A DNA stretch of 64,000 bases, taken from contig CAVRCJ010000006.1 of assembly GCA_963719515.1 (NCBI GenBank), positions 435,866 through 499,865 of the forward strand. Reading direction: 5' to 3'. The notes under the pieces were generated by a model, which saw only the letters and a program-made list of their open reading frames with translations, ran no database searches and had not been told where the DNA came from. The position numbers and the translations under genes were made by a program. Shown piece by piece: positions 57,267 through 64,000 of the stretch (the stretch's first letter is position 1; the number at the start of each line of letters is the position of its first letter). The stretch is from an uncultured cyanobacterium. Its GTDB lineage: Bacteria > Cyanobacteriota > Cyanobacteriia > CAKZMO01.

Positions 57267-59090
57267 CTAGGAGGCTCCATGCGCCCGAATCTCTGCCACA
57301 AACTGCGGCCCGTAGCGCTCTAGCTTGCGGCTTCCAACCCCCGGCACCTCGGCAAAGGTCTCTAGCGTTACCGGGCGCGTCTGGGCCATAACCCGTAGAC
57401 TAGAATCGGCAAACACCACGTAGGGCGGCACTGACTGGGCGTCTGCCAGCCGCTTGCGCAATGCCCGCAGCGCTTGAAATAGGGCCTCTGCCTCTTCCGG
57501 AATCGCTCGCTCTGTTGCCACCGCTGGGGTTTTTGGCATTGCGATCTCCACCTGTCGCTGCTTGCGCAGCACCTCCCAGCTGAGAGCGTTGAGCCGCAGC
57601 ACCGGGTAGCCATCGGCGGTCTCGTCCACCAGCCGCTGGTGCAGTAGCGATCGCCCCAGCGTTCGCCAAGCCTCCATTGAGCGATCGCGCCCGATGCCGT
57701 AGGTGGACAGCTGGTGGTGGCCGTTTTGGATTACCTTCTGTTTCTTAGAGCCGCGCAGCACGTCGATGATATGGGCCATGCCAAAACGCTCGCGGCAGCG
57801 GGCTACGCAAGAGAGAAACTTTTGCGCCTCAACGGTCCAGTCTTCTGTCGGTACGGGGTTGAGGCAATTGTCGCAGCTGCCGCAGCTGCCTCCAAACTCC
57901 TCGCCAAAGTAGGCGAGCTGAATGGTGCGCCGACAGATAGTGCCCTCTGCGTAGTCCAGCACCTGCCGCAGCTGCTGCCGCCCGATGCGCTGCTCTTGGG
58001 GGTCAGACTTTTGGTCGATTAAATACTCAATGGTGCGAATGTCGCCGTAGCCCAAAAACAGCGTACATTGGGCGGGCTCCCCATCTCGCCCTGCCCGCCC
58101 CGCCTCCTGATAGTAGCTCTCCAGGTTGCGGGGCAGGTCGTAGTGCACCACAAAGCGTACGTCGGGCTTGTTGATGCCCATACCAAAGGCCACCGTGGCC
58201 ACAATCACCTGCACATCGTCCCGCACAAACCGCTTTTGGTTTTGCGATCGCACGACGTCACTCAACCCTGCGTGGTAGGGCAGCGCCGAGATATTATCCT
58301 CCTGAAGCTTTTGGGTGAGCTCATCGACGCGGCGACGGCTGAGGCAGTAAACAATGCCCGACTCGCCATTGGCCTTGCGAATGAGCTTCAACAGGTCGTA
58401 GTAAATCAGCCGCTGCTTGGGGCGCACCTCATAGTAAAGGTTGGGGCGGTTGAAGCTAGCCACATGCACCACGGGCTGGCGCAGCTCTAGCTGGGTGATA
58501 ATGTCTTCCCTCACCCGCTCAGTTGCTGTCGCGGTGAGGGCCATAAAGGACACCTCCGGGTAGCGCTGCCGCAGCCGCCGCAGCTGCCGGTATTCTGGGC
58601 GAAAGTCGTGCCCCCAGTCGGAGACACAGTGGGCTTCGTCGATGGCGATTCCGGCCAGCCCCACGTCTTCTCGCACCTCGTCTAAAAACATTAGGAACCG
58701 CTCCTGCAGAAGCCGCTCCGGGGCCATGTAGAGCAGCTTAATTTTTCCGGAGAGCACTGCCTGCTGCCGCTGCCGCACCGTTTGTCCATCTAGACTGCTG
58801 TTGAGGAAGGTGGCTTCAATGCCGTTGTCCTGCAGGGCGTCTACCTGGTCCTGCATCAGAGCGATGAGAGGAGAGACCACCAGCGTTACGCCGCGTTTGA
58901 GCAGGGCGGGCAGCTGAAAGCACAGAGACTTCCCTCCCCCAGTAGGCATTACGACCAGCACATCCTGGTTTTGCAGCTTGGCCTCAATGATGTCGGCCTG
59001 GCCAGGGCGGAACCGTTCGTAGCCAAAATATTGCTTTAGCGCTGTGAGCGGAGACTGCGAGATTGAGACCTGGGAAAACGAATCGACCAT
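57267..59090 (-). CDS. recQ: DNA helicase RecQ
   Basis: PTGGGKS, DEAHC, QEAGRAGRDG, RQC Zn cluster, HRDC domain. Confidence 0.97.
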   Translation of the reverse strand: MVDSFSQVSISQSPLTALKQYFGYERFRPGQADIIEAKLQNQDVLVVMPTGGGKSLCFQLPALLKRGVTLVVSPLIALMQDQVDALQDNGIEATFLNSSLDGQTVRQRQQAVLSGKIKLLYMAPERLLQERFLMFLDEVREDVGLAGIAIDEAHCVSDWGHDFRPEYRQLRRLRQRYPEVSFMALTATATERVREDIITQLELRQPVVHVASFNRPNLYYEVRPKQRLIYYDLLKLIRKANGESGIVYCLSRRRVDELTQKLQEDNISALPYHAGLSDVVRSQNQKRFVRDDVQVIVATVAFGMGINKPDVRFVVHYDLPRNLESYYQEAGRAGRDGEPAQCTLFLGYGDIRTIEYLIDQKSDPQEQRIGRQQLRQVLDYAEGTICRRTIQLAYFGEEFGGSCGSCDNCLNPVPTEDWTVEAQKFLSCVARCRERFGMAHIIDVLRGSKKQKVIQNGHHQLSTYGIGRDRSMEAWRTLGRSLLHQRLVDETADGYPVLRLNALSWEVLRKQRQVEIAMPKTPAVATERAIPEEAEALFQALRALRKRLADAQSVPPYVVFADSSLRVMAQTRPVTLETFAEVPGVGSRKLERYGPQFVAEIRAHGAS

Positions 59091-59755
59091 AGGTTCCGTC
59101 AGACTATATTCCGTCAGACTGTATAGAGTTGGGCCTTAGCGCCCGGGACAAAGTTCATAGCTTGTAGCGCTGAGGCACAGGCATACCCTGCGCCACTGTT
59201 GTCCCCCTACTAGCCTACCGAGTTCTGCCCGCTGCGTTAACGGTGCGGGCAGGTAAGAGCAGAGCGCTACGGCTGATGGCTCCCTCCACATTAAACGTCG
59301 GTTTAACTCGGGTAATAGACGTAATCTTTAGGGAGATTCTTAACGAATTTTAATGTTCGAGAGCTATGGCCAAAGGTAGGTGCCTTGAGCAAATCCCTTC
59401 AGTACTATAGGAATGTAACTAAATACAAGGCTGTATGGGTGTTGTGTCGCTTGACCCAGAGCTGAACCTCGAAGGAGAACGATGTCAGAGGGGACGGCAG
59501 TCAACTAATACAGAGCGGTTGCAGAGTTTTTATCGTTTCCTCTGCTTAGTTCCCATCAGGGGGAGGTTCAACCCTCCATCAGAGCGATCCGAGATGGGAA
59601 CCAATTTGTATTGATCAATTATGTTCGCAGCTATGCTGATGCAGGCTGTCGAGGCATGTATTATTAGAACTTGCGTGATATCGGACTGTGCGTCTGATGT
59701 TGCGCTGTTTTTTTGGCGCATTTTGCTTGTCCCTTTTAAACCGCTGCCTCGGATT

Positions 59756-60505
59756 ATGCAGACCCAGCCCAAGCCCGCTACCCCAGACCCCGCCGCGGCT
59801 ACGCTTCTTCAAGTGCGCGGCCTCGATGTCTACTACGGTGAGAGTCACATTCTTCGAAACGTGGACCTCAGCGTCCCCGCAGGCAAAATGGTCTGCTTGA
59901 TCGGCCGCAACGGCGTCGGCAAAACCACGCTGCTCAAGACCGTCATCGGGTTGCTGGCACCCCGGCAAGGGCAGGTGATCTTTGACGATCGCCCCATTAC
60001 TGGTCTTTCCCCCGACCGCCGTGCCCGCTTGGGCATCGCCTATGTGCCCCAGGGCCGAGAGATTATTCCTCGGCTCACCGTTCAGGATAATTTATTGTTG
60101 GGGTTAGAGGCGCTGCCTGCTTCAAAGCGCAGCGAGCGCGCTATTCCTGAGGAGATTTTCGAGCTGTTCCCGGTTCTAAAGTCCATGCTCTCCCGGATGG
60201 GAGGAGACCTGAGCGGCGGACAGCAGCAGCAGCTGGCGATCGCCCGCGCCCTGATGGGACAGCCTCGACTTTTGGTGCTTGATGAGCCCACTGAAGGCAT
60301 CCAGCCCTCCATTATTTTGGACATTGAAGCAGCGGTGCGGCGCATTATTGAGGCCAAGGGTATCTCAGTGCTGCTGGTGGAGCAGCACCTTCATTTTGTC
60401 CGGCAGGCCGACTATTATTACGCGATGCAGAAGGGGGGCATCGTCGCTTCTGGAGAAACGCAGTCGTTGAGCAACGAAATTATCCAGTCGTTTCTGGCTG
60501 TGTAG
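59756..60505 (+). CDS. urtE: Urea ABC transporter ATP-binding subunit
   Basis: YYGESHILR, GRNGVGKTT, YVPQGREI, LSGGQQQQLAIAR, DEPTEGIQPS; start placed at ATG 59756. Confidence 0.9.
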   Translation: MQTQPKPATPDPAAATLLQVRGLDVYYGESHILRNVDLSVPAGKMVCLIGRNGVGKTTLLKTVIGLLAPRQGQVIFDDRPITGLSPDRRARLGIAYVPQGREIIPRLTVQDNLLLGLEALPASKRSERAIPEEIFELFPVLKSMLSRMGGDLSGGQQQQLAIARALMGQPRLLVLDEPTEGIQPSIILDIEAAVRRIIEAKGISVLLVEQHLHFVRQADYYYAMQKGGIVASGETQSLSNEIIQSFLAV

Positions 60506-60536
60506 CGCTGGTTGTGTAATGCTAGCCCGCTAGAGC

Positions 60537-61544
60537 CTACGTGGCGCTACCGGTCCCGCTGGGCTGGGAAAGTCGCCTGGTCTGCTTCTCGTTAATGATT
60601 CGCTGGACCCGCTTTTCCCACGCTCTGAGCTTCAGCTTGCGGGCCAAAAAGTCAGCCGCAAAGAGACCCACACCATACTGGCGCGCTCTGTAGGTAGCGC
60701 GAGAGGCCCAGCTTTGCACCCGCAGGTATTCTTGGAGAAGCGGCGTCACCGTCATGACGGGGAGACCGCTCAGCTCATAGTCCCGCTGCACAAGAAGGTC
60801 TGAAATCCGAGACTCTACTAAACGAATTTGCTGGTTCGACAGCTTTTTTCGCCATTGCTGAATGCGCTTTGGATCGGGATAGCGGTAGCTTGTGCGCTCG
60901 ATGTAGCTCATCATGGCCGGGTCATAGGACACTCCTACAAACTCACAGAGCCGGGTCAGCTCCTGCTCGGGGTGCACGATCAGGTTCTCGTAGCGCAGCT
61001 CAGTCCACTGCTCGTCCGGCAAGGCTGGCTTGAGGCGTCGCCAGTCGTTTTCCACTTCTATCCAGCGCCGGGAGCCCGACCAGACGTTCCCGGCCCAGCC
61101 CATGCCAATGTTCGAGCGCGCCACGTCGCGGCCATCCCGCAGAATATAGATGAGCCGAGCGTTGGGCCAAAGCGAGAGCAGACGATCGAAATGGCGGTGG
61201 ACCGTTGCCCCCACAATGGGCTTGCTGTGGCGATCGCATTTTTGCAGTAAAAAGCTCTTCAACAGGTCCCGATAGCTCAGGCTTTTGTCTACTGAAAATT
61301 GGTTGGCTAAAAAGATGCGGTGCGTCTCAAGCCAGTCGTGATACTCCTCTAGGTCAGGCCACTCTCCCGCATCAGAGACCTGATCGACGGCGTACTCAAA
61401 CTCGTGACACCAGGAAACCTGGGGATGACCGTCGAGCATCAGGCGAAGCAACGTTGTCCCCGATCGTTCTGCCCCAATAAGAAAAATAGGTGCTTCTGCG
61501 GTATTAGCGGCTGCAGCGGTCATAGTTGTGTCTGTAAGAGTCAT
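60537..61544 (-). CDS. Sulfotransferase family protein
   Basis: 5'-PSB motif GAERSGTTLL, RDGRDV, RYENL; start placed at ATG 61544. Confidence 0.88.
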   Translation of the reverse strand: MTLTDTTMTAAAANTAEAPIFLIGAERSGTTLLRLMLDGHPQVSWCHEFEYAVDQVSDAGEWPDLEEYHDWLETHRIFLANQFSVDKSLSYRDLLKSFLLQKCDRHSKPIVGATVHRHFDRLLSLWPNARLIYILRDGRDVARSNIGMGWAGNVWSGSRRWIEVENDWRRLKPALPDEQWTELRYENLIVHPEQELTRLCEFVGVSYDPAMMSYIERTSYRYPDPKRIQQWRKKLSNQQIRLVESRISDLLVQRDYELSGLPVMTVTPLLQEYLRVQSWASRATYRARQYGVGLFAADFLARKLKLRAWEKRVQRIINEKQTRRLSQPSGTGSAT

Positions 61545-61919
61545 GAGTTTTTCAGTAAAAACACGCTGTTGATAAGAACTTGACTTAGCGGCTGCAGCGC
61601 TTTGCCCTTGAGAACGCTGAGGTGAATCAGCCGGGGTTGAACCCTGACTCAAAGTATTGCAGCAGTGCCTGTAAGTACGCTTGAATTTTAAGGCGTCTTT
61701 ACTGAAGTCGGGCATAAAGATTTTGTAAATGCGGTGATTTTCAACGATGACGATATCGCCTAGAATATGTTTATGGCGGACTTTTTGACGGCGGCGTTGT
61801 CCGGCAGAGCTGCCTCGGCTGTGCTTCTTTAAGGGAAGATGCACAATTAAGAAACAAGGTGCACTCTGTGAGATGAAGGCAATGATCTGGTCGCCTCAAA
61901 TTCGCTTTGCTAATCGCTA

Positions 61920-62516
61920 ATGCGGTCCGGTAAACAGGCTCTCCGCCGGCGTTTGCTTGCTCAGCGCCGTGCCCTACCCGCGGCCCAGTGGCTGGAAAAA
62001 AGCGATCGCCTCTGTCAGCAGCTTCGCCAATCAGGAGTTTTGCCCTCTGCGGCATCGGAGCCTGCAACCCTATTGGCCTACTTCAGCACTAAGCAAGAGC
62101 CTGATCTCGCGCCCTTGTTTACCCCTGTATCCAATGACACCAGCTATCGCTGGGGGTTCCCGCGCTGTCACGGAAAAGTGCTGCGCTGGCATCTTTGGTC
62201 CCCAGGCGATCGCCTGCCCCTGCAAACCAACCGCTACGGTATTCTCGAACCGCACCCCGACGCCCCCCAAGTTGAGGCAGCGGCAGTAGACTTAATTCTG
62301 GTGCCGGCGATCGCCTGCGACATACGGGGCTACCGCCTGGGCTACGGCGGCGGCTTTTACGATCGACTGCTGGCCCAGCCAGACTGGGCAGAGGTGCCGA
62401 CGGTGGGAATTGTGTTCGCAGAAGCGCTGCTGCCCCAAGTCCCCGTAGAGCCGTGGGACAGGCCCCTACAGATGGTCTGTACCGATAGAGGGTCTCGTAT
62501 TGTCCGACCTAAGTGA
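61920..62516 (+). CDS. 5-formyltetrahydrofolate cyclo-ligase
   Basis: KQALRR, YGILEP, DLILVP, RLGYGGGFYDR, EPWD. Confidence 0.93.
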   Translation: MRSGKQALRRRLLAQRRALPAAQWLEKSDRLCQQLRQSGVLPSAASEPATLLAYFSTKQEPDLAPLFTPVSNDTSYRWGFPRCHGKVLRWHLWSPGDRLPLQTNRYGILEPHPDAPQVEAAAVDLILVPAIACDIRGYRLGYGGGFYDRLLAQPDWAEVPTVGIVFAEALLPQVPVEPWDRPLQMVCTDRGSRIVRPK

Positions 62517-62558
62517 CATCCTCCCGACGCTGATGCTACGCGTACAGCGCGGGCTTCC

Positions 62559-63755
62559 TCAGTGACTCCCAGCTACCGCTGAGACATTCCCTGAGAGATT
62601 AAGGGCTTGATGTCCCACAGCCCTATTCAATAGGTTGATAGCCGCGTTGTGGTCGCGACAGATCGTTAAGCCGCATGACGGGCAACTATGGACCCGATCG
62701 GCCAGCGTCTTTGGTGCCCGCTCACCACAACCCGAGCAATCAATGCTGGTTCCGCGTGGGTTCTCAGCGATGGTCATCTTTCCAGCTTTCGCGGCTTTGA
62801 AAGAGCCTATCTCCAAGAATGTACCCCATGCGGCATCAGCGATTGACTTTGCCAGTCTGGTTCGAGCAAGTCCTTTGATGTTGAGCTTTTCATGAGCGAC
62901 AACATCGTACTTTGAAAACAGCCAATCCCACACCTTAGAAAAGAAATCACGACGCTGACGCGATATCTTTAGGTGTAGTTTGGCTATACGATTCGCCTGC
63001 TTACGCCAGCGGTTAGAGCCCTTCTTCTGTCTCGATAGCTGCCGCTGCAGCTTGGATAGCTGCCGCTCTGAGCGTCGAAAGAACTGAGGGATAGGAACGC
63101 TCTCACCGTCACTGGTAACCAAGAAATCCTTCAGCCCAACGTCAACACCGACAGACTTAGCCCTATCGACATCCGGAGTAAGCATCGGAACGGCATTGTT
63201 TTCCAGTAACAGGCTCACATACCAACCATCTGCTTTGCGAGTCACCTTGGCCGTTTTGACAGTAAACCCATCAGGTATCGGGCGATGAAGGATTAGCTTC
63301 ACCTGGCCAATCTTAGGCAGGGTAATACGACTTCCATCGATGCAGTCAGGTTTCATCTGAGGGAACGTGAACGTCCTGTAGCGCCCCGCGCCTTTGAACC
63401 GAGGCTTGCCGCTACGCTTACCGTTTTTATCACCTTTGATGAAACGCTCGAACGTCTGCTTTACCTGCTTCGTCACCTCCTGAAGCACCTGCGAATGCAA
63501 ATCTTTGTACCAGGGTCGCTCTCGCTTGAGAGGTACTAGGCTAGCCTTCTGGCTGTAGTAATTAGGATTATCTTTGAGTGGCGCAAGGCTACAGGTGAGT
63601 GGGCAGGCGTTGACCGAACAGCGGTTCATCTCCCACCAGTCGAAGCGCTCAGCCAGCAACCAGTTGTACTGTGCCCGAAGCATGTCTAGCCATCGGGTCA
63701 TGGTAACCGTTTGCTCAGCCGCTGGACGCAACTTGTACTGATGAGTGACTTTCAT
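62559..63755 (-). CDS. tnpB: RNA-guided endonuclease TnpB
   Basis: HQYKLRP N-terminus; RuvC D (GVDVG), E (AHEKL), D (RDHNAA); CSGC...CPSC zinc finger. Confidence 0.95.
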   Translation of the reverse strand: MKVTHQYKLRPAAEQTVTMTRWLDMLRAQYNWLLAERFDWWEMNRCSVNACPLTCSLAPLKDNPNYYSQKASLVPLKRERPWYKDLHSQVLQEVTKQVKQTFERFIKGDKNGKRSGKPRFKGAGRYRTFTFPQMKPDCIDGSRITLPKIGQVKLILHRPIPDGFTVKTAKVTRKADGWYVSLLLENNAVPMLTPDVDRAKSVGVDVGLKDFLVTSDGESVPIPQFFRRSERQLSKLQRQLSRQKKGSNRWRKQANRIAKLHLKISRQRRDFFSKVWDWLFSKYDVVAHEKLNIKGLARTRLAKSIADAAWGTFLEIGSFKAAKAGKMTIAENPRGTSIDCSGCGERAPKTLADRVHSCPSCGLTICRDHNAAINLLNRAVGHQALNLSGNVSAVAGSH

Positions 63756-63788
63756 GCAATAATGATAGCATATTGACATCAGAATGAT

Positions 63789-63971
63789 ATGCAGCAAATA
63801 ACTATTAGAGCCGCTGACAGAGAAAAGCAGCATCTTGACAAGTATTGTGAGATGACCGAAAGAACTATCAACGATGTCCTTAGGGAGTACATCCGAAGTT
63901 TGGCCGTCTCCGGGGCATTGAGCCCCATCGACGACCGCGACTCTCATCCCGACGCTCACCCTGACGGGTAG
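63789..63971 (+). CDS. Small ribbon-helix-helix protein inside the IS element
   Basis: QITIR..DREKQHLDKYCEMTERTINDVLREYIRSL; divergent from tnpB. Confidence 0.75.
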   Translation: MQQITIRAADREKQHLDKYCEMTERTINDVLREYIRSLAVSGALSPIDDRDSHPDAHPDG

Positions 63972-64000
63972 AGCGCGGGGCTTCCTGTCTAGTAGCTAAA

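Larger units (their letters stand above)
62513..64000 (-). mobile_element. IS200/IS605-family non-autonomous element (tnpB + RHH gene); left boundary at or beyond the window edge
   Basis: Matching subterminal hairpins CCCGACGCT..AGCGCGGG(G)CTTCC at ~62523-62558 and ~63948-63985; right end terminates GATGTCAC on the minus strand. Confidence 0.85.

Noticed and set aside
59415..59426. NtcA site upstream of urtE
   Set aside because: GTA-N6-TAC spacing rather than the required GTA-N8-TAC
61545..61844. N-terminal extension of the sulfotransferase (likewise the ORF-track extensions of urtE, trxA and the 1356 ORF)
   Set aside because: Non-globular sequence before the recognisable domain; better downstream ATGs exist
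63756..63959. 68-aa N-terminal extension of TnpB in the ORF track
   Set aside because: Overlaps the divergent RHH gene; the TnpB family N-terminus begins at MKVTHQYKL (63755)
1..64000. Abundant GCGATCGC octamers as a novel repeat
   Set aside because: This is the well-known cyanobacterial HIP1 sequence

Overview
Cyanobacterial chromosomal window (GC-rich, very dense in the HIP1 octamer GCGATCGC; carries cp12, ftsH2, glgA, hisG, gshA, ilvD, trxA, recQ, urtE). The main point of interest is a ~20 kb divergent locus at 1.9-21.5 kb. Its minus arm encodes a SLATT-GH19 muramidase fusion, a 60-aa coiled coil and a SLATT-SLATT-DRHyd/NDT-TPR-SLOG protein. Its plus arm encodes a lysozyme-like/M15A peptidase fusion, a five-TIR + CHASE2 membrane receptor, a DUF928-like/TPR secreted protein, a filamentous-haemagglutinin-CHAT protease split by three +1 frameshifts, and an RHH regulator. 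Together these suggest, by inference only, a receptor-nucleotide signal-autolysis conflict system. A second accessory island (46.3-52.4 kb) holds a structured RBS-sequestering leader, a doubly inactivated antitoxin-like/HNH pair (nonsense codon plus a 124-bp MITE with 6-bp TSD), an 11 x 21-bp array, a compositionally mosaic NACHT gene, nested repeats and Uma2 genes. The window ends in an IS200/IS605-type tnpB element carrying an RHH gene instead of tnpA. No rRNA, tRNA or CRISPR array was seen. All domain calls are from motif recognition by eye, not database searches.
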